Program-made: the position numbers and the translations under genes
Part shown: positions 32,303 to 40,689 of the stretch, in pieces
Layout: each line of letters starts with the position of its first letter
Position numbering within the stretch: the first letter of the stretch is position 1
The notes under the pieces: model-generated
Databases searched by the model: none
The model's input: only the letters and a program-made list of their open reading frames with translations
Told to the model about the DNA's origin: nothing
Source of the DNA: Nanobdellota archaeon
GTDB taxonomy: Archaea > Nanobdellota > Nanobdellia > Woesearchaeales > CAZZGN01
DNA length: 56,098 bases
Reading direction: 5' to 3'
NCBI GenBank assembly: GCA_051819665.1
Contig: JBNJDG010000003.1
Coordinates: forward strand, 1 to 56,098

Positions 32303-33674
32303 GAGCTTCCTCGGCTTTCCTCAACTCCCTGCCGAGGTATAGAGCGTGGGAGGGATCAGAGACCATGTTATTCTCTATGATTTGCCTGTTCGCCTCCTTC
32401 GCATTGTTAGCTGTGAATTCCTGAAGCCTCTCGCCTTCGGGAGACTGACGTATCAGTTTTATCTTCCCTTCTTCTGTCCTGATGATTATATTCCCTCTCT
32501 TATCAAAGCCTGCCTTCTTAGGAGAGAAAGATTCCCTTATCGCTTTCACCTTCTTCCATGAGCTCTTGTATATATGGGCGCTGTTAGAGATCATGATGAG
32601 ACTACCGAGGTTTATACCGAGATCGGAAGCTATCTTCCCCTGTAGCTTCCTCAAAGCGAAGGCGTTCCTGGGCCAGGCAGAATACATATCATTGCTCCTG
32701 AAATAAGCGGTAAGGTATAACTTCTCATCCTGTACAAGGACATTTATCATATTGAGGCACGGGCATTGCTCATTGTCATGATCCTTCTCAACGTCCCATG
32801 TGAAAGCTACAGCCCTTCTCGTATAGGTTGACTTCCTGAGCTTTTCCGTCAGCTCCGAGATCTGGTCGATGCCTTTATTGGACCTCAGTCTCTGGCCGTA
32901 AGTATATTCAATGCCATCTATACTCTTAGCAGTAAGGACCTGGGGATAATAATTCTCGAGATCCTCCTCCGTGAACTCGAACGAATGTGCCATCAGGGGA
33001 TTCTCGGGGTCCTCCTTCTCAATGACTGCCTTAAGGGATATAAGTTCTTTCTGATCCTCTGAATAATCACTGGCCTTCACCGTGCCGAAATCCATGACAT
33101 GCTCGAGAATCTTCAGCCAGACATCGTTGATATAATCTCCTCTGACCAGGAAACCGGCATTCTCGCTCGGGAAAGTCTTAGGGGGTTCGACCTTCTTCTT
33201 GGGAAAGATCTCCGTATCACCATAGCTTCCCTTTTCAGGGAGAGAAGAAATGAGAGAGTTTATGTCTTCCGCAGAACAGTTCCTATAATCAAAGACCTCT
33301 ATATTATTCCTCAGTTCATCTATGGTGCTTACGGGAATCTCATTATCAAGCCTTATATTGCCTATCCTCTTCTCTTCATCAACCCCTTCATTGAAGAATT
33401 TCAAAAGGATATCACCGCTTCCGCTCAGGTCCTTCCCTGCTATCACCAGATACCTTATGTTCTTATTGGCAAGCAAGTTCCGGAGAAGCGAGTTTATGCC
33501 TTCATCCACAGAATACAGCTGGCCCAGCACAGCATAATCATCTATACTATCCTTGAAAGCTTCCTTCTTGCTCCATAAGGTTATCACCGCTACATTCGAA
33601 GCCTTATCATTCACGATGAGCTGATCCGAAAATTCTATGGGCCATTCCATCATATCCTGGACATGGAAGTTCAT
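32265..33674 (-). CDS. thyA: Thymidylate synthase (archaeal ThyA type) fused to an N-terminal MtrA-like domain and a C-terminal DUF4346-like domain
   Basis: ThyA core RRAVAFTWDV...QCPCLNMINVLV...YFRSNDMYSAWPRNAFAL...SNSAHIY. The C-terminal HALYLGRELRKAEEAL resembles DUF4346. I chose the start at MNFHVQ (33674), which has a TATA box about 28 nt upstream. The track ORF extends to 33776. Confidence 0.75.
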   Translation of the reverse strand: MNFHVQDMMEWPIEFSDQLIVNDKASNVAVITLWSKKEAFKDSIDDYAVLGQLYSVDEGINSLLRNLLANKNIRYLVIAGKDLSGSGDILLKFFNEGVDEEKRIGNIRLDNEIPVSTIDELRNNIEVFDYRNCSAEDINSLISSLPEKGSYGDTEIFPKKKVEPPKTFPSENAGFLVRGDYINDVWLKILEHVMDFGTVKASDYSEDQKELISLKAVIEKEDPENPLMAHSFEFTEEDLENYYPQVLTAKSIDGIEYTYGQRLRSNKGIDQISELTEKLRKSTYTRRAVAFTWDVEKDHDNEQCPCLNMINVLVQDEKLYLTAYFRSNDMYSAWPRNAFALRKLQGKIASDLGINLGSLIMISNSAHIYKSSWKKVKAIRESFSPKKAGFDKRGNIIIRTEEGKIKLIRQSPEGERLQEFTANNAKEANRQIIENNMVSDPSHALYLGRELRKAEEALRKGLDFVQDQD

Positions 33675-33775
33675 ATTTAAATATGTCGGGTATGCCCTAT
33701 AAAATATATTCTTTAAGTTGTTTACCGAAATAGTTATAAGACAGAATTCTTTACCAGAGCTGATAAGGGACAACA

Positions 33776-34113
33776 TGGTAAAATCACCACAAAGCAGTTA
33801 TTTCGAGAGTTCAGGCAGAAAGGGGTTCTATATCGGCGAACCAAACGGTTTTGACAATTCTAAATACAGGATTTCCCTGGAAGACAAAAAGAGAAACGGA
33901 ACGAACGGTCTCATCAAGGCAGTGGCATGTACAGCATTGGCCTTCAGTCTTGCTTTTTTTGCCAACAAATGTTCAGCAAAAGCTTATTCTTCAGAGCCGA
34001 GTATAGATAATAAGATCGTAAAATACGATAAGAATTTCCCCGAAAAAGAACGAAGTATGCATGAATACCACAAAATATATAAATATGAGCAGACACTTCC
34101 TTATCATAAATAA
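33776..34113 (+). CDS. Hypothetical small membrane protein (one TM)
   Basis: First ATG of the track ORF 33718..34113. One hydrophobic helix, LIKAVACTALAFSLAFFA. Weak support. Confidence 0.3.
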
Positions 34114-34125
34114 CGGGGGTTAAAA

Positions 34126-34875
34126 ATGAAATTAAGTCTTGCTGAACCTAAATATCTAAAAGAGAGTATTTCAATCATCTCAGAGCTTGTCACCGAGGCA
34201 AGATTCAAGATCACAAAAGATGCTATGGAGCTAGTTGCCATGGACCCTGCCAATGTGGCCATGATCGTCTTCAAGCTTATGAGCAGTTCTTTCGTCGAGT
34301 ATGATGTGGAGAAAGAATCGAGCGTTGCCATCAACCTCGGTAATCTCAAGCAGGTACTGAAGAGGGCCAAAGGCTCAGATACATTGAACCTTAAGCTGGA
34401 TGACGGGCAGAACAAGCTGGTCATTGAGCTCATCGGAAGCAGTACGAGGACTTTCTCACTGCCCATAATCGAGCTGGAGGAGAAAGAGCAGAAAGTACCA
34501 CAACTCTCTTTCCCTGTAACCATTAACACAACCTCTTCCTCAATAACAGAGGCAGTAGAGGATGTCGATATCGTGGCCGAGAGCGTCTCTTTCAGTGCAG
34601 ACCAGAACTCTTTCACCATAGAGGGAGAAGGAGATCTGAGCAAAGCCAATATAGAGATGAAGCCCGATGAGGAGACCAAGATAGTGGCTGAGAACGAGAG
34701 CAAGGTCAAAGCTAAGTATTCCATCGAATACCTGAAGAAGATGATCGCCGCATCTAAGCTGAGCGATAATGTGAAGATACAGTTCAGCAATGATTATCCT
34801 CTGAAAATGGAGTTCGTTGATGTGGACAAGGTCATGTTAAGCTTCATCCTTGCCCCGAGAGTGGACAACGACTGA
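34126..34875 (+). CDS. pcn: DNA polymerase sliding clamp PCNA
   Basis: 249 aa, with ARFKITKDAMELVAMDPANVAMIVFKL and the C-terminal LSFILAPRV typical of archaeal PCNA. Confidence 0.92.
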   Translation: MKLSLAEPKYLKESISIISELVTEARFKITKDAMELVAMDPANVAMIVFKLMSSSFVEYDVEKESSVAINLGNLKQVLKRAKGSDTLNLKLDDGQNKLVIELIGSSTRTFSLPIIELEEKEQKVPQLSFPVTINTTSSSITEAVEDVDIVAESVSFSADQNSFTIEGEGDLSKANIEMKPDEETKIVAENESKVKAKYSIEYLKKMIAASKLSDNVKIQFSNDYPLKMEFVDVDKVMLSFILAPRVDND

Positions 34876-34880
34876 AGGGA

Positions 34881-36296
34881 TCAGCGGACTTCCTCTAATT
34901 TGTTCTTTCTTGTTTCATATTTCTTTATCTTTTCTTCATCTTCTTCCAGTTTAAGCGCTTTCTGGAGAGAGGATATGGCCTTTGCTGTGTCCCCCCTCAC
35001 CTCATGAACAAAGCTTTTGCAGTAATGAGGGAATGAATAAGTGCTGTCTATATCTATAGCCTCATCATAGATCTCCATAGCTTTCTCATTGTCGCCGTTC
35101 CATCTATGTCCGACACCTATATTGACATATTCCTCCAGATAACCCTGATCCAGTGAAGCCGCCTGTTCAAGATATTTTCTTTTATCTTCCTCTTCAGGGT
35201 TCTCCAATGCTTTCTTTATATAGGATAACGCTTCTGCCGTGTCTCCCTTGTTTGCCTCAACAAAGCTTTTACAGTAAAAGGAATATGAATAAGAACTATC
35301 CTTCTTTATCGCCTCATCATAGAACCCTATGGCTTTCTCATCCTCATCATCCCACCTATGTAAAATTCCAAGATTGACATACGCACCCAGATAATCCGGA
35401 TCCAGGGAAAGTGTTTTTTCAAGATAGTGCTTTTTTTCATCATCATCTTCAGTGACAGTGGATGCCAGATTAGTATTCACAGGATTATCAGGCGCACATT
35501 CAACCGCCTTATCATATTCATCAAGATATTGATAGATTATGCTCTTCACTTCTCTCCGGGCAAGGGGTTCAAGGTATACTCCTCTCTCAACACTTTCCCG
35601 ATTAAGATCCCATATCCCGATAAGTTTTTCTTTCTCCCTCTCCTTACCGTCATAATCGGAAGTGGCCGCCCAATAAATTGTATCATCCTCTGTAGTGTAA
35701 ACAGGGAGGATATGATTGCCGGCAAAAGCTGCAGTTATCGGCAACCCAAGGTTCTCGCCGATTGCATGATACATAAGCGCATAATGGCCGCACATAAATT
35801 CCCTGTCCTCGAAGGCCTTAGATAAGGAGTATTTGTCCCTGTTTTCATCACCGCCAATAGCTGCCCAATAAACAGTATCATCCTCAGTGATAGAAACAGG
35901 GATTATCTTATCATTGGTAAAAGCAACAGGCAGAGGAAGATCAAAGTTCTTACCGACTATCTTATTCTTCAAGTCATGATGATCGCTAACAAGTTCCCTG
36001 CCCTCAAGCGCATCAGATAAAGAAGATCCTTTATCCCTATATTCAAAGCCGTAATCATCAAGGGTCTCTGCAATAGCCTCAAGGTTCTCTAAAGGTTTAT
36101 CCCTGTCTATCTTATCTGAAACATCACTGATGATACTGTCCTTCAGACTGTAATTCGTATAAGTTATACCCTGTTCCTCTTCCTTGGTCTTGAAAATATC
36201 GAGAAGATCATAATCTTGTACATCAGTTTTCAGCAATGAAAGAAGGAACACTGAAGTGTAAGCAAAAGTCTTGAGAGCGACCCTTCTGATGTCCAT
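34881..36296 (-). CDS. Transglutaminase-like (Cys-His) duplicated domain + C-terminal TPR-repeat protein
   Basis: Internal duplication (IIPVSITEDDTVYWAA / ILPVYTTEDDTIYWAA), FMCGHYALMYHAIGENLGLP resembling a transglutaminase-like core, and two TPR-like modules (YLGAYVNLGILHRW / YLEEYVNIGVGHRW). Confidence 0.5.
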   Translation of the reverse strand: MDIRRVALKTFAYTSVFLLSLLKTDVQDYDLLDIFKTKEEEQGITYTNYSLKDSIISDVSDKIDRDKPLENLEAIAETLDDYGFEYRDKGSSLSDALEGRELVSDHHDLKNKIVGKNFDLPLPVAFTNDKIIPVSITEDDTVYWAAIGGDENRDKYSLSKAFEDREFMCGHYALMYHAIGENLGLPITAAFAGNHILPVYTTEDDTIYWAATSDYDGKEREKEKLIGIWDLNRESVERGVYLEPLARREVKSIIYQYLDEYDKAVECAPDNPVNTNLASTVTEDDDEKKHYLEKTLSLDPDYLGAYVNLGILHRWDDEDEKAIGFYDEAIKKDSSYSYSFYCKSFVEANKGDTAEALSYIKKALENPEEEDKRKYLEQAASLDQGYLEEYVNIGVGHRWNGDNEKAMEIYDEAIDIDSTYSFPHYCKSFVHEVRGDTAKAISSLQKALKLEEDEEKIKKYETRKNKLEEVR

Positions 36297-36376
36297 ACTC
36301 TATGGTAGTATTTTCTCATTAATAAATCCTGCTGAATATCGATAGTTTTATGAAACCCTCCAAACCCACATAATCT

Positions 36377-37771
36377 ATGGACAATTACAACAGATTACTG
36401 GAACATGTAAAGAAAGCGAATATCCTGGGTGATGTGCAGAGTTTCCTCATGTGGGACCATCAGGTGATGATGCCGGCCGGTGCAGCGAATAAGAGGACAC
36501 AGCAGTTCGGCGTCGTTTCTTCCCTTGCACATGAGCTTTGCACAAAGAAAGAGATAGGGGAGCTCCTTGATAATCTAAGTGGTCTGAACGAAGAGCAGCA
36601 GGCAGTAGTGAGAGAGATAAGGTTCGACTATGACAGGGCCGGGAAAGTACCTGAAAAATTAACCAAAGAGATCACAGAGAATGCCTCAGAAACCATGAAT
36701 GTGTGGAAGAATGCTGAGAATTTCAGTGAGTTGAAACCATATCTGGAGAAGAATTTCGAGCTGGCAAGGGAATACGCAAAGGCTATAGATAAGGAGAGAG
36801 ATCCATACTCTGTACTCGTAGAAGATTATTCCGGCGATATAGGAGTCGAAGAGATAGAAGAACATTTCTCAAAACTGAAAGAAGAGCTTAAGGGGCTTGT
36901 GAGGAAAGATGAACAGATAGACCTGAACACAGAACTCCCGAAAGAGAAACAGAAGGCAATAATAAGAGGAATAGCTGAGAAGATAGGATATGATTTCAGC
37001 AAAGGAAGGCTGGACGAGTCAAAGCATCCTTTCACCTCTGCAAACGGAAGGATAACCACAAACTTCAGGGACTGGGTGTTCGCACTGACAAGCACGATCC
37101 ACGAGTCAGGGCATGCGATGTATGAACATGACCTGCCTGAAGAGCATTACGGAACGCCTCTAGGGGAATCGAGGAACCTGGCTGTCCATGAATCACAATC
37201 GAGGTTCTGGGAGAACCATATTGCAAGGACAAGGGAATTCTGCGAATTCTTCAGGAAAGAACTGGAAGATCTTGGAGTCACACCGGAAAATCTAGTCAAG
37301 AGACTGAACCTTGTCAGGCCGGGCAAGATAAGGACTGAGGCGGATGAGGTCACTTACAGCCTTCATATAATCCTGAGATTTGAACTCGAGAAAGAGATAA
37401 TAAGAGGGAATATAGAAGTGAAGGACCTCCCTGAACTTTGGAACAAGAAGATGAAAGAATACCTGGGTGTTGTTCCGCAGAATGACAGGGAAGGTGTTCT
37501 TCAGGACATGCACTGGTTCACCGGCATGATAGGATATTTCCCCTCTTACACACTCGGTACGATGCTTTCTGCTCAGCTTTATGATAAGATGGAAGAAGAC
37601 ATAAACGTGAAAGGTGTGATAAGGGAAGGACGCTTTGACATAATAAGACAATGGCTATATGACAAAGTCCATAAGCACGGCAAGAGATACACTACGAAAG
37701 AGCTGATCAGGGAAGCTACCGGGAAAGACCTGGACACAGAGAGCTACATTAGACATCTCAGGAATAAGTGA
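36377..37771 (+). CDS. M32 family carboxypeptidase (carboxypeptidase Taq-like)
   Basis: HESGHAMYE (HExxH) and HESQSRFWEN motifs. Confidence 0.9.
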   Translation: MDNYNRLLEHVKKANILGDVQSFLMWDHQVMMPAGAANKRTQQFGVVSSLAHELCTKKEIGELLDNLSGLNEEQQAVVREIRFDYDRAGKVPEKLTKEITENASETMNVWKNAENFSELKPYLEKNFELAREYAKAIDKERDPYSVLVEDYSGDIGVEEIEEHFSKLKEELKGLVRKDEQIDLNTELPKEKQKAIIRGIAEKIGYDFSKGRLDESKHPFTSANGRITTNFRDWVFALTSTIHESGHAMYEHDLPEEHYGTPLGESRNLAVHESQSRFWENHIARTREFCEFFRKELEDLGVTPENLVKRLNLVRPGKIRTEADEVTYSLHIILRFELEKEIIRGNIEVKDLPELWNKKMKEYLGVVPQNDREGVLQDMHWFTGMIGYFPSYTLGTMLSAQLYDKMEEDINVKGVIREGRFDIIRQWLYDKVHKHGKRYTTKELIREATGKDLDTESYIRHLRNK

Positions 37772-38147
37772 TGAACAATTTCCTCTCCCTCGGGCCGTCA
37801 AACTCGCAGAAGAATATGCCCTGCCATGTGCCGAGCATGAGCTTAGAATCCCTGATAATCACATTCTCAGACGGGCCGATGATAGAAGCCTTTATATGCG
37901 AGTCTGAATTGCCCTCTGCGTGGGAGAAGCCTTTATCTTCAGGAACTAGTTCAGAAAGGTGCTCCAGCATATCCTTCTTGACATCAGGATCAGCACTCTC
38001 GTTTATGGTGACAGCAGATGTAGTGTGAGGAGAATATATCATAGCTGTCCCTTCTTCGATATCTATGAGCTCTTCCACGCGGGAAGTGATATCGATCATC
38101 TCGTTCCTCTTACTGCTCCTGATCTTCAGTTCTTTCAACATATTCAT
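37758..38147 (-). CDS. YjbQ/UPF0047 family protein (secondary thiamine-phosphate synthase-like)
   Basis: SPHTTSAVTINESADPDV, EGNSDSHIKASIIG and LGTWQGIFFCEFDGPR motifs. Confidence 0.85.
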   Translation of the reverse strand: MNMLKELKIRSSKRNEMIDITSRVEELIDIEEGTAMIYSPHTTSAVTINESADPDVKKDMLEHLSELVPEDKGFSHAEGNSDSHIKASIIGPSENVIIRDSKLMLGTWQGIFFCEFDGPRERKLFITYS

Positions 38148-38734
38148 CTTTTCCAGTCGCCGTTATTGAACCTGTTATTCCCGTTCAGATGCCAATCATG
38201 AGGATTAGAATCCTGGATATCTTTCCACAGTTTCTTTGCTGTATCCGTAAATAAGGTCTCATAGACCCTGTCCCTGATATCCTGAAAACATTCCTTGGCC
38301 TTTATCCCATTGACATACTGTTCCTGGAGCTCAAGATCAACATCAAGGTTATCGGCATCCTTGACTACCTTAGCTTCGATCGAATCCCTTTTTTCATATT
38401 CTAAAAAAAGTGACAGGAATTCCTGTTCGACAGAAGTATCTTTGAGGATATCCCTGATTGCAGTCTCCTCATCACTGTCATTATACATCCTTGCCAGATA
38501 ATGATCGTCAGAAGTCCTTGACTCCTCCAGATCATGTATGAGAGCCATCCTGATTGCCTTGTCGATGTCTGCTTTCTCTTCCTTAGCGATGATTATAGAA
38601 GTCCAGATGACCCTTAATATATGCTCTGAAAGATTAGCAAAATCCTTATTCAGAAACTGCCTCCACATCCTCGGTATGAACCTCAATGTACCTATCTCAT
38701 AAAGGAATTCCAGATTACGATTATCGTTACCCAT
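38144..38734 (-). CDS. HD-domain phosphohydrolase (YfbR-like 5'-nucleotidase family)
   Basis: H...HD pattern (EHILRV ... ALIHDLEESRTSD ... DADNLD). Confidence 0.75.
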   Translation of the reverse strand: MGNDNRNLEFLYEIGTLRFIPRMWRQFLNKDFANLSEHILRVIWTSIIIAKEEKADIDKAIRMALIHDLEESRTSDDHYLARMYNDSDEETAIRDILKDTSVEQEFLSLFLEYEKRDSIEAKVVKDADNLDVDLELQEQYVNGIKAKECFQDIRDRVYETLFTDTAKKLWKDIQDSNPHDWHLNGNNRFNNGDWKR

Positions 38735-38770
38735 GCTAACCAGAGCAATATCAAAACTTTAAATATTTAA

Positions 38771-40006
38771 TCATTCAGTTCTTTCAACATACTTATACAG
38801 CTTATCGTTCCTCCTTATCTTCTCATCAACGGGGAAAGTGATTATCTCTCCTTTCTCCGCCTTCTTGACCGAACCTTCATCAGTATGCAAGGATCTGACT
38901 TCACCTTTCACTATGCCTGTTGTTGGGCCGGTGATTATGAATTCCTCACCTACAGAAATATCATGAGACTGCAACAGGAACTCACCTATCGAATTCTTAG
39001 CATAATGATTAACAGCTTTGCCTATGTATTCCTTTCTCTTCTCAGCCTTAGAGCCATAAGTGCCTGCCCATTCACCGAGCTTGTTACCGAGATAATAACC
39101 GCCTTCCCAGAAACCTCTATTGAATACCTGCTTCAGCCTTTTCTTCAACTCTTCTGCCTTCTCTTTCGTATATTCGTTGCTCATACAAAGATCCGCAGCT
39201 TCCCTGTAAGCCTTTGTCACTTCATAAACATACTCAGGAGATCTTGCCCTCCCCTCTATCTTAAAGACTGAAGCACCGGAATTCATGATCTCCCCCATAT
39301 GCTCGATCGTGGAAAGGTCTTTTGGAGACATAACATATTTATTATCTATGTTCAGCTCCGTACCAGTCTCATCATCTATGACCCTGTACTTCCTCCTGCA
39401 TGTCTGGAGGCATTCTCCACGATTAGCAGATCTGTTATAGGTTGCCAGGCTCATATAACACTTGCCAGAGATGGAGACGCATAAAGCGCCATGAACAAAT
39501 ATCTCTATCTTCACCAGCTCCCCTTTAGGACCCCTTATATCCTCCTCCCTTATCCTTTCAGCTATATGTCTTATCTTATCAAGATCGAGCTCTCTCGCGA
39601 GGACAACCGTATCAGCGAATTGTGAATAGAACCTCACTGCCTCCGTATTGGATATATTAAGCTGTGTAGAGGTATGAACCTCCAGACCTATGCTGTTGCA
39701 GTACTTCACGGCCGCCATATCCATGCAGATAACCGCCGTAACGCCGGCTTCCTTCGCCCTGTCCGCAATATCTTTCATCCTCTCCATATCATCATCGTAG
39801 ATGACAGTATTCAGGGTAAGATAACTCTCAACATTGTTCTCCCTGCAGATCCTTACAATCTCAGGCAGGTCTTCCTCCGAGAAATTCTTCGCACCGAGAG
39901 AACGCATGTTAAGGCCCTTTATACCGAAGTAGACAGAGTCAGCGCCAGCCTTTATCGCTGACCTCAATCCCTCATAGGAGCCGGCAGGAGACATTATATT
40001 TACCAT
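38771..40006 (-). CDS. Peptidase U32 family protein (RlhA/TrhP-like)
   Basis: AGADSVYFG, ELVKIEIFVHGALCVSISGKCYMS and ANRGECLQTCRRKY signatures. Confidence 0.85.
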   Translation of the reverse strand: MVNIMSPAGSYEGLRSAIKAGADSVYFGIKGLNMRSLGAKNFSEEDLPEIVRICRENNVESYLTLNTVIYDDDMERMKDIADRAKEAGVTAVICMDMAAVKYCNSIGLEVHTSTQLNISNTEAVRFYSQFADTVVLARELDLDKIRHIAERIREEDIRGPKGELVKIEIFVHGALCVSISGKCYMSLATYNRSANRGECLQTCRRKYRVIDDETGTELNIDNKYVMSPKDLSTIEHMGEIMNSGASVFKIEGRARSPEYVYEVTKAYREAADLCMSNEYTKEKAEELKKRLKQVFNRGFWEGGYYLGNKLGEWAGTYGSKAEKRKEYIGKAVNHYAKNSIGEFLLQSHDISVGEEFIITGPTTGIVKGEVRSLHTDEGSVKKAEKGEIITFPVDEKIRRNDKLYKYVERTE

Positions 40007-40053
40007 AGAAGAGAGGAATGTTAAAATTTATATAAATCTAATGAATCCTAGTC

Positions 40054-40689
40054 ATGATGAGACAGGAGATAAGAGAATTTCTGATATTGCTTAGTAAGAT
40101 AGTGGTTACTGTTTCCGTAGCCAATCTTATTATCCTCGGGTCCCTGTACTTTCTCTCTTTCAATGAAGATTTCTATGAGAAAGAGTTCGATAAGCTTGAT
40201 ATTGATTTAGAGGGAGACTATAAGCATGAGTTCTACAATGCCCTTGATTATGTCAAAGGGAAGGATGTATCTTTAGGAGATTTTTTCAACGAGAAAGAGA
40301 TAAAACATTTCAAGGATGTGAGAGAGATATTCTCCTTCATAAAGAATATGCTCATAGTCTCGGGCATCTTACTCTTGTTAGGCCTCTATCTTGGTTATGA
40401 GGGCATTGCGAACGGTGCTATCCTCGGTTTCCTGTTCACTTTCATAACAGGTCTCGCCTCTTTGATAGATTTCAGCTGGGTCTTCCAAAAGATGCATGAG
40501 CTGATATTCACTAATGATCTCTGGAAGATGGATTATTTCTCTGACAAGATAATAAGGATCATGCCTCAGGAATTATTCATAGACCTGGGTATGAGATGGT
40601 TCTTCTATGCAGGCATGCTGAGCATATTCATATTCCTTGCATTCCTCATTTCTTATAGCTACTATCTATCAACTCGCGGATCTTCCTAG
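40054..40689 (+). CDS. TIGR01906/DUF1461 (Lit-like) integral membrane protein
   Basis: 4 TM. Motifs EKEIKHFKDVREIF and IFTNDLWKMDY...IMPQELF resemble the family as I recall it. Its 3' end overlaps hef convergently by 44 nt. Confidence 0.45.
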   Translation: MMRQEIREFLILLSKIVVTVSVANLIILGSLYFLSFNEDFYEKEFDKLDIDLEGDYKHEFYNALDYVKGKDVSLGDFFNEKEIKHFKDVREIFSFIKNMLIVSGILLLLGLYLGYEGIANGAILGFLFTFITGLASLIDFSWVFQKMHELIFTNDLWKMDYFSDKIIRIMPQELFIDLGMRWFFYAGMLSIFIFLAFLISYSYYLSTRGSS

